A DNA stretch of 62,000 nt from Hyalangium minutum (GCF_000737315.1 NZ_JMCB01000003.1:82001-144000); one strand, 5' to 3'; positions 9,629 through 21,338 are shown, numbered from the stretch's first letter. Numbers and translations are program-made. The notes: generated by a model not told the origin, from the letters alone.

Positions 9629-11002
9629 ATGAGGAAGTGGTTGGCAGTCGCGTTGCTCGCGGGGATGGCGGTACTGGGCGTGCTTCAGCCTGCGGCCCAG
9701 GTGAAGCAAGGAGGCCCCATCAACGCGGCCGACACCGCTTGGATCCTCACCGCGACGGCGCTGGTGCTGCTCATGACGCCGGGCCTGTCCTTCTTCTATG
9801 GCGGCATGGTCCGCCTGAAGAACGTGGTGTCCACCCTCATGCAGAGCTTCATGGCCATGGCGGTCATTAGTCTGTTGTGGGTAGTGGTAGGATTCAGCCT
9901 GAGCTTTGGCGACAGCTTCCACGGGCTCATCGGCGATCCGCGCACCTTCTTCATGTTCAGTGGCGTGGGCGGGGAGACGCACCCGGATCTGGCGCCCACC
10001 ATCCCGCTGATGCTGTTCGCGCTGTTCCAGCTGAAGTTCGCGATCATCACCCCGGCGCTGATCACCGGCGCGTTCGCCGAGCGCGTGCGCTTCAAGGCGT
10101 ACGTCATCTTCATGGTGCTCTTCAGCCTGTTCATCTACGCGCCGCTGGCGCACTGGACGTGGCACCCGGAGGGCTTCCTGCGGCAGTGGGGCGTGCTGGA
10201 CTTCGCGGGCGGCACGGTGGTGCACATGTCTGCGGGTTTCGCGGCGCTGGCCGGAGCCCTGGTGCTGGGGCGGAGGCAGGTGCACCTGGCCAACGTGACG
10301 CACACGCCGGCCAACATCCCCTTCGTCCTGCTGGGCACGGGCATGCTGTGGTTCGGGTGGTTCGGGTTCAACGCGGGCTCGGCGCTGTCGGCCTCGTCCG
10401 CTGCGACGCTGGCCTTCGCGACCACGAATACGGCCTCGGCGGCGGCGATGCTGGGGTGGCTGGCCTTTGACTGGCTGCGCGGCCGTCAGCCGAGCGCCAT
10501 GGGCGCCTGTGTGGGCGCAGTGGTCGGCCTGGTGGCGGTGACGCCGGCGGCCGGCTTCATCACCGTGGGCCAGAGCATCATGGTGGGCCTGGTGGCGAGC
10601 CTCGTGAGCAACGCGGCGGTGCACTTCAAGAGCCGCACCGCGCTGGACGACACGCTGGACGTGTTCCCCTGTCACGGCCTGGGCGGAGTGGTGGGCATGG
10701 TGCTCACCGGCGTGCTGGCCAAGGATGTGGGGCTCGTCTACGGCCAGACCCGCACCTTCCTCATGCACCTGCTGGGGCTGGTGGTGGTCTCGGTCTTCTC
10801 CTTCGTCGGCTCGTACCTGCTCTACAAGCTGGTGGATCGCATCGTCCCGCTGCGCGTGACGCGCGAGCAGGAGGAGCAGGGGCTCGATCTCAGCCAGCAC
10901 GGTGAGACGGTGGGCGAGACCGCCGTGGCTCCTGCGGCACCGGAGGCTCCTCGTTCCGAGCCCACTCCGCCCGCTCAGCCGGGGGTACCGGTCCCCGCGT
11001 AG
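9629..11002 (+). CDS. amtB: Ammonium transporter (Amt family)
   Basis: Motifs MTPGLSFFYGGMVR, DFAGGTVVHMSAG, WFGWFGFNAGS, DDTLDVFPCHG (twin His present) and GLDLSQHGE. GGAGG RBS. Confidence 0.95.
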   Translation: MRKWLAVALLAGMAVLGVLQPAAQVKQGGPINAADTAWILTATALVLLMTPGLSFFYGGMVRLKNVVSTLMQSFMAMAVISLLWVVVGFSLSFGDSFHGLIGDPRTFFMFSGVGGETHPDLAPTIPLMLFALFQLKFAIITPALITGAFAERVRFKAYVIFMVLFSLFIYAPLAHWTWHPEGFLRQWGVLDFAGGTVVHMSAGFAALAGALVLGRRQVHLANVTHTPANIPFVLLGTGMLWFGWFGFNAGSALSASSAATLAFATTNTASAAAMLGWLAFDWLRGRQPSAMGACVGAVVGLVAVTPAAGFITVGQSIMVGLVASLVSNAAVHFKSRTALDDTLDVFPCHGLGGVVGMVLTGVLAKDVGLVYGQTRTFLMHLLGLVVVSVFSFVGSYLLYKLVDRIVPLRVTREQEEQGLDLSQHGETVGETAVAPAAPEAPRSEPTPPAQPGVPVPA

Positions 11003-11027
11003 GTGTGCAGACGGTGGTGGGTTCGCG

Positions 11028-11066
11028 GCGGCGGCTCCTTTGTTCGGGGCCGCCGCTTTGCTTTTC
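11028..11066 (+). terminator. Intrinsic terminator after amt
   Basis: GCGGCGGCTCC-TTTGTTC-GGGGCCGCCGC followed by TTTGCTTTTC. Confidence 0.8.
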
Positions 11067-11083
11067 TGCTTCTGGAAGAGGGC

Positions 11084-12358
11084 TCAGCGCGACTGCGGCT
11101 GCGAGGCCTGCTCCGAGGCCACGGGCGTGAGCTTCCACGTACCGTACCAGCGGCCTCCCTGGGGATCCTCGGCGAAGGCCACACCTTGGAGCGCTCCGGC
11201 CTGGAGGACCGCGCGGAACTGCACCGTGGTCTCCAGGAACGAGGGATCGCGGATGGAGAAGGTGAGCTCGTTGCTCTGCAGGACCGGCTGGAGGGGAGCC
11301 TCGGCTGTGCCGCCCTGGCTGAAGGTGAGGCGCGCGCGGCCGTTCATCCCGTTCCCCGTGTCTTCGAGAGAGAGGCGCAGGGTGGCGGGTGTCATGCCCG
11401 TCTCAGCGGGGTAGAGGGCCAGCGAGCCGCTCCAGGTGCCTGCGAGCCGGGCCGGCGGAAGGGGCTCGCCCTGAGGCAGGCTGGGGAGGGGGGGATGCGC
11501 GGGCGCTGGGGCCGTGCCGGTGGGGGGGAGCTTCTGCGTGAGAGCCACCTCGGAGCCCACCTGTTGCAGGTAGCGCGCGGTGTCCTCAGGAAGGGACACG
11601 AGCGTCACCGGGTGGGCGGCGTCGAAGCCTGAGCCCGTCCAGGGCGCACCGGTGAGGGTGCCGGGCGCACCCGTGCAGGGCTGGTGGAAGATCGAGGCGA
11701 ACAGGACACAGGCCGAGAGGTAGCTGCCCGCAGGCCCGGGGTGGTGGCCGTCCTGCGCATACAGCTCGAGCTCGGGGTGCTCGCGGCGGACGCGCTCCCA
11801 TGCGACGCCCACAGGGGCGAGCGCGGCACCCAGCTCGGAGGCAATGCGCGCGTAGGCTTGGGTGAGGTGCCCCTGGGCGGCCAGGTTCGCCTTGCGAGAC
11901 CACGTCATATAGAAGAGCGGCTTTGCGCCCACCGCCGAGGCCTGGGCCGCCAGCTGGCGCGCCGCGGGGAAGAACAGCGGCTCGGGATCGCCCAGGTAGG
12001 CCACGCCGTCGATGCGCATGCCTCCCAGCAGGCTCTGCTCCTGGAGCACCACGTGGCTCCATCCACCCTCGGCCATGCGCCGGGAGGCGGTGCCCTCCGT
12101 GAGGAGCCATCGCAGCGTCGCGCCGCCGGTCAGCACGGACTCCGTCTCGATTCGGGACTGCGGGGCCAGGGCGCGCGCGAATCCCTTCAGCATCTCGGGG
12201 ACGCTGTTCTCATACGTGTAGCTGTTGCCGATGAAGAGGACTCGGGTCATGGCGGAGGGACCTGCGTCGGTAGAGGCCTCGGTGGACGGCGGGGGACTGC
12301 GGTCTGTGCGCGAGGTGCAGCCCAGCAGGAGAAGCAGGCTCCAGAACAAGCGGGACAT
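11084..12358 (-). CDS. SGNH/GDSL-like hydrolase lipoprotein with an extra C-terminal beta domain
   Basis: Lipobox LLLLGC, block I VLFIGNSYT, VVLQEQS, and DGHHP (D-x-x-H). Confidence 0.7.
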   Translation of the reverse strand: MSRLFWSLLLLLGCTSRTDRSPPPSTEASTDAGPSAMTRVLFIGNSYTYENSVPEMLKGFARALAPQSRIETESVLTGGATLRWLLTEGTASRRMAEGGWSHVVLQEQSLLGGMRIDGVAYLGDPEPLFFPAARQLAAQASAVGAKPLFYMTWSRKANLAAQGHLTQAYARIASELGAALAPVGVAWERVRREHPELELYAQDGHHPGPAGSYLSACVLFASIFHQPCTGAPGTLTGAPWTGSGFDAAHPVTLVSLPEDTARYLQQVGSEVALTQKLPPTGTAPAPAHPPLPSLPQGEPLPPARLAGTWSGSLALYPAETGMTPATLRLSLEDTGNGMNGRARLTFSQGGTAEAPLQPVLQSNELTFSIRDPSFLETTVQFRAVLQAGALQGVAFAEDPQGGRWYGTWKLTPVASEQASQPQSR

Positions 12359-12372
12359 GGCGAGAGGAGCGT

Positions 12373-13116
12373 TCAGAAGCGCCCGGCGAGTCCACCGAGG
12401 ACGCCGCCGTGAGGGGTGACGGTGGCCACTGGAATAACCATCGGCGTGAGGGCCCGGTCGCGTTGCCTTCGGGCGAGGGCCCGCGAGTGGGAGAGCTCGT
12501 AGCCGATCATGCCTCCGACAACAGGTCCGGCGATGAAGGGGATGACCGCCAACTCATCCGCGGAAGAGGCCAGGCCCAGAGCGAGAAGAGAGCCGATCAG
12601 GGTACCGATCGCCGCGCCGCCGGCGGTGGGCCAGTACTCGCCCTCGCCGTGCAGGAGACTTCCCGCGCCGGTGATGCCGAGGGCCGCTCCTCCCGCGAGC
12701 CCTGCCAGGCCGAGACCCAAGCCAAGGATGGCTCGGGAATCCTCTCCGCCGTTGCAGGCGTCATCGCAGAGGATCGCGCTGAAGATGAGGAGTCCTCCGG
12801 GGATGATGCCCACGGAAGCGCCGACGCTCCCTCCGACGAGCTCGAGGAGCAGCCGAGGCGCGGTGGGACTGGGGTCGGTGCCGGCGTACCAGTCGCGACG
12901 GATGATCTCGCCCCGAGACGCGTCCTCAGGGGAGGGCTCGAGGGAATCGCTCGGGGCCGCCTGAGGGCTGTCGGCAGGGGACTCGGGAGGCGCCGGGACG
13001 AGCGGAGGGGGTGTCACGTTGGGGACCGGTTGCTCGAGAGGAGCCGCGTTCTGGGCGAGTCCTGGCAGGGGGAGCAGGAGGCAGAACAGCAGCGGCGCGA
13101 GGCGAGCGGTCGGCAT
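12373..13116 (-). CDS. Secreted/membrane protein with glycine-zipper-like hydrophobic helices
   Basis: Signal peptide, Pro-rich linker, and several GxxxG-rich hydrophobic segments. 14-bp gap to the SGNH gene. Confidence 0.6.
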   Translation of the reverse strand: MPTARLAPLLFCLLLPLPGLAQNAAPLEQPVPNVTPPPLVPAPPESPADSPQAAPSDSLEPSPEDASRGEIIRRDWYAGTDPSPTAPRLLLELVGGSVGASVGIIPGGLLIFSAILCDDACNGGEDSRAILGLGLGLAGLAGGAALGITGAGSLLHGEGEYWPTAGGAAIGTLIGSLLALGLASSADELAVIPFIAGPVVGGMIGYELSHSRALARRQRDRALTPMVIPVATVTPHGGVLGGLAGRF

Positions 13117-13385
13117 GCCCCGCAGCGTAATGCCGTGGGAGTGGGAGCAGGAAGCTCAAGGCATGACAGAACCTGTCCGACAAGTAGACAGGTTCGTGGC
13201 GGCTCCGTCCGGCAGGCGCCGCTGTATCCTGGTGGGCACTGGGGCTGCGGGGTCCCTTGCGCTCATGGGGGTTGCAAGGCAACCTACAAGGTAGGGTCAG
13301 ACCCACGTGACCCAGGATGTCAGACCCGGACGGTAGACCCCTCCCCATGGAAACGGGGATGGGCGTTGGAGAGGATGAAGAGAGC

Positions 13386-13937
13386 ATGGGGCGCAAACCG
13401 GCCACGTACGCGGATCTGGAAGCGTTACCCGAGAACGTGGTGGGGGAGCTGATCGCTGGGGAGCTGTACGTCAGCCCTCGGCCAGCGTCGCGTCACGCCC
13501 GGGCCGCCTCTGTGCTGGGCGTCAAGCTAGGAGGCCCTTTTGACCTGCGAGATGGAGGTCCGGGAGGCTGGGGCATCCTCGACGAACCGGAACTTCACTT
13601 CGGGGAGGATGCGCTGGTGCCAGACTTGGCGGGCTGGAGGCGGGAACGGATGCCCGCGTTGCCGGACACCGCAGCCTTCGAGTTGGCACCGGATTGGGTG
13701 TGCGAGGTGCTCTCTCCGTCCACGGCCTCGCTGGATCGGACCATCAAACTCCCGGTGTATGCCCGTGAAGGGGTCAGCCATCTGTGGCTGGTGGACCCCA
13801 AGGCGCGCACGCTGGAGGTGCTCCGGCTCGACGGGGAGCGCTACACGCTCCTGGGCAAACACGAGGCAGGTGCCCGTGTTCGCGCGGAGCCCTTCGAGGC
13901 GCTCGAACTGGAGCTGGCCCCCCTCTGGGAGATGTAG
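13386..13937 (+). CDS. Uma2 family putative restriction endonuclease-like protein
   Basis: ATYADLEALPE..GELIAGEL, EPELHF, VPDLAGW, CEVLSPST, YAREGVSHLWLVDP. Start set at ATG 13386. Confidence 0.9.
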   Translation: MGRKPATYADLEALPENVVGELIAGELYVSPRPASRHARAASVLGVKLGGPFDLRDGGPGGWGILDEPELHFGEDALVPDLAGWRRERMPALPDTAAFELAPDWVCEVLSPSTASLDRTIKLPVYAREGVSHLWLVDPKARTLEVLRLDGERYTLLGKHEAGARVRAEPFEALELELAPLWEM

Positions 13938-13974
13938 TCCCGAGGAGGGCTCCAGCGGCGCCCCGGTACCGCGG

Positions 13975-15816
13975 TTACGCCTCTTCGCGCTCCTCGCGCT
14001 TGCGGTCACGCTCGGCGCGGTAGCGCTCTCCGAACGCGAGCGACTTCTTGCGCAGGCGCACCGACTTGGGCGTCACCTCCACCAACTCGTCGTCCGCGAT
14101 CCACTCCAGCGCCTTCTCCAGCCCCATCTCGCGAGGCGGCGTGAGGATGACGTTCTCATCCCGGCCCGCGGCGCGGATGTTGGTCAGCTTCTTCTCGCGG
14201 CAGCAGTTGACGTTCAGCTCCGAGGGGTGGGCGTGCTCGCCGATGATCATCCCCTCGTACACCGTCACGCCCGCGCCCACGAACAGCGCCCCGCGCTCCT
14301 GGATGCTGAACAGCGCGTACGGCACCGTCTCGCCCAGGCGGTCGGACACCATCGCGCCGTTGCTCCGCTTCGGGATGTAGCCGAACCACGGCTCGTACCC
14401 GTCGAACTGGCTGCTCATGATGCCCTCACCGCGCGTAATGGTGAGGAACTCCGAGCGGAACCCAATCAGGCCGCGCGCCGGAATCCGGAACTGCAACCGC
14501 GTGCGGCCGGAGCCCAGCTGCGTCATGTCCACCATGCGCCCCTTGCGAGGCCCCAGCCGCTCGGTCACCGCGCCTACGCTGTTCTCGGGCACGTCGCACA
14601 CCAGCAGCTCCATGGGCTCGTGGACCTGTCCCTCGATCGTCTTCGTCAGCGGCTCCGGGTTCGAGGCCGTCAGCTCGTAGCCCTCGCGGCGCATCGTCTC
14701 GATGATGACCGCCAGCTGGAGCTCGCCACGCCCCACCACCCGGAACGCGTCCGGCGTCGCCGTGTCCTCCACGCGGATGGCCACGTTGCGGTAGGACTCG
14801 CGGTACAGGCGCTCGCGCAGGTTGCGGGAGGTGACGTACTTGCCCTCCTTGCCCGCCAGAGGCCCGTCGTTCACCCGGAAGATCATCATCATCGTGGGCT
14901 CTTCCACGGTGATGCGGGGCAGGGCCACCGGGTTCTCCGGATCGGAGATGGTGTCGCCGATCGAGATGTCCTCGATGCCCGCGATGGAGACGATCTCTCC
15001 CGGGCCGGCGTCCTGAATCTCCGTGCGCTTCAGGCCCTGGAAGCCGTACAGCTTGACGATCTTGCCCTTCTCGATCTTGCCACCCTCACGCACCACGGAC
15101 ACAGGCATGTTCGGCGTCAGCTTGCCGGCCAGGATGCGGCCCACCGCGAGGCGGCCCACGTAGTCGTCGTAGTCCAGGTTGGCCACCAGCAGCTGCGGCA
15201 CCGTCTGCTCGCTCTGGGGCGGGGGAGGGATGTGGCTCAGGATCGCCGCGAACAGCGGCTCCAGCGTCTTGCCCGGCACCTCCAGCTGCGTGGAGGCCTG
15301 ACCCTGGCGGGCGATCGTGTAGAGCACCGGCATCTCGAGCTGCGTGTCGTCCGCGCCCAGATCGATGTAGAGCGAGTACACGTGGTCCAGCACTTCCTTG
15401 GCCCGAGCGTCCTGCCGGTCGATCTTGTTGATGACCAGCACCGTCTTCAGGCCCATGGCCAGCGCCTTGCTGAGCACGAAGCGCGTCTGGGGCAGGGGGC
15501 CCTCGGCGGCGTCCACCAGGAGGATGACGCCATCCACCAGGCGCAGGCCGCGCTCCACCTCGCCGCCGAAGTCCGCGTGGCCCGGCGTGTCGATGATGTT
15601 GATCTGGGTTCCCTTGTAGGTAACGGCCGTGTTCTTCGCGAGGATGGTGATGCCCTTCTCGCGCTCGAGGTCGTTGGAGTCCATCACCCGCTCAACGACG
15701 GCTTCGTTGCTGCGGAAGATGCCCGCCTGGCGGAGCATGTGATCGACGAGGGTGGTCTTGCCATGGTCAACGTGGGCGACGATGGCGACGTTACGGATAT
15801 TTTCGCGAGCAATCAT
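13975..15816 (-). CDS. typA: Translational GTPase TypA/BipA
   Basis: [38 protein letters not shown], and the C-terminal [11 protein letters not shown]...[14 protein letters not shown]. Confidence 0.97.
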   Translation of the reverse strand: MIARENIRNVAIVAHVDHGKTTLVDHMLRQAGIFRSNEAVVERVMDSNDLEREKGITILAKNTAVTYKGTQINIIDTPGHADFGGEVERGLRLVDGVILLVDAAEGPLPQTRFVLSKALAMGLKTVLVINKIDRQDARAKEVLDHVYSLYIDLGADDTQLEMPVLYTIARQGQASTQLEVPGKTLEPLFAAILSHIPPPPQSEQTVPQLLVANLDYDDYVGRLAVGRILAGKLTPNMPVSVVREGGKIEKGKIVKLYGFQGLKRTEIQDAGPGEIVSIAGIEDISIGDTISDPENPVALPRITVEEPTMMMIFRVNDGPLAGKEGKYVTSRNLRERLYRESYRNVAIRVEDTATPDAFRVVGRGELQLAVIIETMRREGYELTASNPEPLTKTIEGQVHEPMELLVCDVPENSVGAVTERLGPRKGRMVDMTQLGSGRTRLQFRIPARGLIGFRSEFLTITRGEGIMSSQFDGYEPWFGYIPKRSNGAMVSDRLGETVPYALFSIQERGALFVGAGVTVYEGMIIGEHAHPSELNVNCCREKKLTNIRAAGRDENVILTPPREMGLEKALEWIADDELVEVTPKSVRLRKKSLAFGERYRAERDRKREEREEA

Positions 15817-15888
15817 ACGGACAAAGACTCGAAGCTGAAGGGCAGGGCATTCAGTGGAACAGGTTCACCCTGAATCCCACCGGAACGC

Positions 15889-15923
15889 ACGAGGCGGGGG
15901 CTTATATGCCGCAGCCCCCTCGT
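15889..15923 (-). terminator. Stem-loop downstream of the hydrolase gene
   Basis: ACGAGG(C)GGGGGCT / AGCCCCCTCGT inverted repeat in the hydrolase-typA gap. Confidence 0.4.
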
Positions 15924-15986
15924 CCGCAATGAACGCCGGTCGCTTTGTGCCCCTCGTATCCGCTCCGAGCGGAACTGCTGGGCTGC

Positions 15987-16916
15987 TTACCGGGGCGGAG
16001 TGCCTTCCCCTGAGGGGAGGCGGGGCGGCGGCGGAGCGAGGTGGATGCCCAGCCGGTCGCGCAGGAAGCGCTCGACGCGGAGCTCGACCAGCTCCTTGTA
16101 CTCCAGGGGAGCGGTGTGGGTCCCCAGCGGCACCAGCATCAGCTCGGCGCCGGGGATGCGCTCGGCCATCTTCCGGGAGAGCCGGGCCGGGGTGAACTTG
16201 TCCTTCTCGCCCGCGATGATGAGCGTGGGTACGTCCACGTGGGGCAGATGGTCCCACGCCGTGTGGTTCGCCATGGAGTCCAGCGTCCGGACGAAGACCA
16301 CCGGGTCCATCTTGGCCAGGTGCTCGAAGTAGGGGGCGAAGTCCTCGCGGGACAGCAGATCCCGGTTCACCTCCACCGTGAGGGCCACCTGCATGGCCAA
16401 CTCCGTGCTCAGCAGCGAGTGCACCAGCTTGCCTGCCCGCTCGGGGTACTTCTCCACGAGGTGCCGGATGAGGGGGAAGACGCGCTTGAGGTACGTGGAG
16501 TCGTGGAAGGTGTCGAGCGGGTTGCCGTAGCTGCCGCAGATGAGCACCAGCCCCCGGACGCGGTGCGCGTAGCGGCGGTGGAACTCCAGCGCCACCTGCA
16601 CACCGATGGAGTGTCCGAAGATGACCCCTTGCTTTACCGCGGCCGCGTCCATCACCCGGTCGAGGTCCTCGCAGGTGTAGAGCATGCCGAAGCGGGAGCG
16701 ATCCTGCGGAATCCCCGAGCGGCCATGCCCCCGGTAGTGCCAGCGCAGCACCCGGTGGTCCCGGGCCAGGTAGGGCGTGAGGTACTTCCACGCGAACCCG
16801 TCACAGCCCAGCCCATCGCACAGCACCATGCCGGGCTCGCCGTCGCCGAGCACCTGGAAGTACAGCCCGGCCCCGTCGGGCACCTGGAGGTAGTCCTGCC
16901 GGAAGTAGTGGCTCAT
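15987..16916 (-). CDS. Alpha/beta fold hydrolase
   Basis: Nucleophile GHSIG, GEKDKF acid region, and GTHTAPLE catalytic His. Confidence 0.9.
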   Translation of the reverse strand: MSHYFRQDYLQVPDGAGLYFQVLGDGEPGMVLCDGLGCDGFAWKYLTPYLARDHRVLRWHYRGHGRSGIPQDRSRFGMLYTCEDLDRVMDAAAVKQGVIFGHSIGVQVALEFHRRYAHRVRGLVLICGSYGNPLDTFHDSTYLKRVFPLIRHLVEKYPERAGKLVHSLLSTELAMQVALTVEVNRDLLSREDFAPYFEHLAKMDPVVFVRTLDSMANHTAWDHLPHVDVPTLIIAGEKDKFTPARLSRKMAERIPGAELMLVPLGTHTAPLEYKELVELRVERFLRDRLGIHLAPPPPRLPSGEGTPPR

Positions 16917-16919
16917 GGC

Positions 16920-18500
<1,581 letters not shown>

Positions 18501-18611
18501 CCCCACTCCTCGCGCCCATGTCCCGGGGCAGGACAGCTCGACACATCCCGGTGTCCGATTTTCAGCCGATGCTCATATACTGAGCCAAGGTCGCTGTCTC
18601 AGGGTTCTCCC

Positions 18612-19649
18612 GTGACTACATCGGCGCATACAGAGCGTGGATCGAGGCGAGCCCACAGCGCGAGCCATGGGCACGGCCATGACCATGGGCACGATCACGG
18701 CCATGGCCACGGGCACGATCATGGACATGGCCACGGCCATGGGCCTGGTGGGCCCCCTCGGAGGCCGACCAACCTGGCCGATGAGCGGCGCAAGGATCGG
18801 AATCGGCTGATCTTCGCGCTGATCCTCACGGCCACCATCGCGCTGGCCGAGGCGGTGGGCGGCTTCCTGACGAACTCGCTGGCGTTGATGTCCGACGCCG
18901 GCCACATGCTGACGGACGTATCCGCGCTGGCACTGAGCCTGCTGGCGCTGTGGTTCTCCGGCAAGCCGGCCAACCTCAAGAAGACGTACGGCTACTACCG
19001 GATGGAGATCCTCAGCGCGCTGCTCAACGGCGTGCTGCTGCTGGGGATTACGGTGGTGATCCTCTTGGAGGCCTGGGAGCGCTTCCGCTCTCCGGCGCCG
19101 GTGAACCTGGGGCCCATGGCGGTGGTGGCCCTGGTGGGCTTGGTGGCCAACCTGGCCGCGCTGGGCTTCCTGCACCGGACGCACTCGCTCAACGTGCGTG
19201 GGGCGTTCCTGCACGTGCTGGGGGATGCGCTGTCCAGCGTGGGCGTGCTCCTGGGCGCGGGGATCATGGCCCTGACGGGCTGGTACGTGGTGGACTCCCT
19301 CATCTCCGCCCTCATCTCGGTGGTGATCGTCGTGGGCGCCATCCGCCTGGTGCGCGACGCGGTGGACGTGTTGCTGGAGGCCGTGCCCGCCCACGTGGAC
19401 ATGGAGGCCGTGAAGAATCTGTTGATGCGGGTGCAGGGCGTGACGGCGGTGCACGATCTGCACGTGTGGACCATCTCCAGCGGGCTCTACGCACTGTCGG
19501 TGCACCTGGTGGTGGCCAACGCCCTGGCCTGCAACAACGACGAGATCCTCTCGGCGGTGAAGCACGAGCTGTTCGATCGGTATGGCATCGATCACACGAC
19601 CATCCAGATCGAGAGCGAGACGTACGCCCACTTGGGCGAGGTGCACTGA
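18612..19649 (+). CDS. czcD: Cation diffusion facilitator (CzcD/ZitB-like) with His-rich N-terminus
   Basis: SLALMSDAGHMLTD, TYGYYRMEILSALLNG, GAFLHVLGD, VHDLHVWTI, HTTIQIE. GTG start at 18612. Confidence 0.9.
   Translation: MTTSAHTERGSRRAHSASHGHGHDHGHDHGHGHGHDHGHGHGHGPGGPPRRPTNLADERRKDRNRLIFALILTATIALAEAVGGFLTNSLALMSDAGHMLTDVSALALSLLALWFSGKPANLKKTYGYYRMEILSALLNGVLLLGITVVILLEAWERFRSPAPVNLGPMAVVALVGLVANLAALGFLHRTHSLNVRGAFLHVLGDALSSVGVLLGAGIMALTGWYVVDSLISALISVVIVVGAIRLVRDAVDVLLEAVPAHVDMEAVKNLLMRVQGVTAVHDLHVWTISSGLYALSVHLVVANALACNNDEILSAVKHELFDRYGIDHTTIQIESETYAHLGEVH
18666..18743 (+). repeat. (HG/HD)13 histidine-dipeptide repeat in the CDF N-terminus
   Basis: Encodes HGHGHDHGHDHGHGHGHDHGHGHGHG (13 His). 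Confidence 0.9.
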
Positions 19650-19733
19650 GGGGCCTGCGCGGCGGCCGGGAGACGACGCTCCGTGAGGAGTTGTCTTGCG
19701 TGGGCCGGAGAGTCGGACCATCCTCGGCGGCCC

Positions 19734-20777
19734 ATGAGTGTGCTGGACAAGGTGCTGTCGTTGCGGCCGGCGAACGCGGTGTCCCGGCTGGGACCTGGGT
19801 CCCGGCTGCCGCTGCTCAGCCCGATGGAACTGCTCCGCGCGATGGAGGGCTCTCCGGCAGCCCTGCCATGCGTGCCCGTGCGTGCCAAGGCGGCCATTCC
19901 GGGGCTGCTGACGGCGGCCCGGGCGGAGGACTCGGTGCTGGGGCTGGCGTGCTCCCACCCCCTGGCGGATCGCGGCGCCACGGAGCGCTTCCTGTCCGCC
20001 GTGAGGACCTCCGCGGCCGACTCCGAGCACGCGCGCCCCCTGTTCCTCCAGGCCGGGCCCGTACGCGTGGCCAAGCCCAAGCCGGAGGGCTTGGCGGTGC
20101 AGCAGGAAGCCATCTTCCGCCTGGTGGACGATGGGTTCACCCTCATCTCGCTGGACGTGTCCAAGCTGGATGCCGCCTCGGCCGTCGAGGTGATCCGCTC
20201 GCTGGCGGGCCCGCTGCGGGAGCGGGAACTGCCCATGGAGCTGACCCTGCCCGCGCGCCCACGAGAGGGCACCAGCGTGACGGACACGGCGCGCCCCATG
20301 CTGGAGGGCCTGCGCAAGGCCGGGATTCCGGTGGGCTTCCTCCGGGTGCCCGCGGCGGAGTTCGGCGAGGAGGACCTGGACGTGGGGCTGCTGCACCTCC
20401 TGGTGGAGCTGGCCACGAAGTTCGGTGTGAGCGTGACGGTGGCGGAGGTGACGGAGCGCTCCCTGCGTTCGCTGCCCACGTTCGTGGCGGCTGGGGTGCG
20501 CAAGGTGGACTGCGCCGCGCCCTTCGAGCGGCTCTCGCTGGCCGCGTGGCCGGCGGAGGCGCGGACCTTGCTGGAGCAGAAGGCGGGGGCCGCCGGAATG
20601 GCCCCGGGCGAACTGCTCGGGCTGCTCGAGGAGCAGTTCCCGGCGTTGGAGACCTCCGCGCGCGAGCGGCTGGAGGCCCTGTCCTTCACCGAGGCCACCG
20701 AGATGATCTCCCTGCTGGGCGCATCCAGGACGGGCTGGCGCTCCATGGTGTGGCTGGCCGAGAACCGGGGCGACTGA
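19734..20777 (+). CDS. Class II aldolase (FbaA/GatY)-like TIM-barrel protein lacking metal ligands
   Basis: PLFLQAG (cf. PvxLHLDH), VDDGFTLISLDVSKL (cf. GFtSVMiDgS), LPMEL (cf. VEaEl) and AGVRKVD (cf. GirKiN). No DH or HG zinc motifs. Confidence 0.55.
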   Translation: MSVLDKVLSLRPANAVSRLGPGSRLPLLSPMELLRAMEGSPAALPCVPVRAKAAIPGLLTAARAEDSVLGLACSHPLADRGATERFLSAVRTSAADSEHARPLFLQAGPVRVAKPKPEGLAVQQEAIFRLVDDGFTLISLDVSKLDAASAVEVIRSLAGPLRERELPMELTLPARPREGTSVTDTARPMLEGLRKAGIPVGFLRVPAAEFGEEDLDVGLLHLLVELATKFGVSVTVAEVTERSLRSLPTFVAAGVRKVDCAAPFERLSLAAWPAEARTLLEQKAGAAGMAPGELLGLLEEQFPALETSARERLEALSFTEATEMISLLGASRTGWRSMVWLAENRGD

Positions 20778-20780
20778 CAC

Positions 20781-21338
20781 ATGCGGATCGTCGCGGGCAG
20801 TGCGAAGGGCCGAGCGCTCCAAGGGCCCAAGTCCACCTCTCGGCACATCCGCCCCACGGCGGATCGGGTGCGGGAGACGCTCTTCAACGTGCTCGGCCAG
20901 TGGCTGGAGGGGCAGTCCGTGCTGGACCTCTACGCGGGCACGGGGGCGCTGGCGCTGGAGGCCCTCTCGCGCGGGGCGGGCCGGGCGGTGCTGGTGGACT
21001 CGGATCGCGAGGCGCTGGCGCTGTGCCGGCAGAACACGGACGCGCTGGGGTTCTCCACCCAGGTGGAGATCCTGGGCCAGCCGGTGGCCCGGGCGGTGGA
21101 GGCGCTGGCCAAGCGCGGGGAGCGCTTCGAGCTCATCTTCGCGGACCCGCCCTATGCGGCCCGGGTGGTGGAGTCGGTGCTGGAGCAGGTGGAGCAGGGC
21201 CGGCTGCTCATCCCCGGGGGCATGCTCATCATCGAGCATGACAAGCGCGAGGCTGCCCCGGAGGCCCACTCCGGGTTTTCCCGAGTCGACCAGCGCCGGT
21301 TCGGGGACACGCTGGTGAGCTTCTACCGCATTCCTTGA
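20781..21338 (+). CDS. rsmD: 16S rRNA m2G966 methyltransferase
   Basis: RPTADRVRETLFN, DLYAGTGALALEALSRGA, FADPPY. Adjacent to coaD as usual. Confidence 0.95.
   Translation: MRIVAGSAKGRALQGPKSTSRHIRPTADRVRETLFNVLGQWLEGQSVLDLYAGTGALALEALSRGAGRAVLVDSDREALALCRQNTDALGFSTQVEILGQPVARAVEALAKRGERFELIFADPPYAARVVESVLEQVEQGRLLIPGGMLIIEHDKREAAPEAHSGFSRVDQRRFGDTLVSFYRIP

Noticed and set aside
13386-13937. Uma2 gene as a mobile element or defence system
   Set aside because: No transposase, terminal repeats, methylase or partner gene. Uma2 paralogs are abundant and scattered in myxobacteria.
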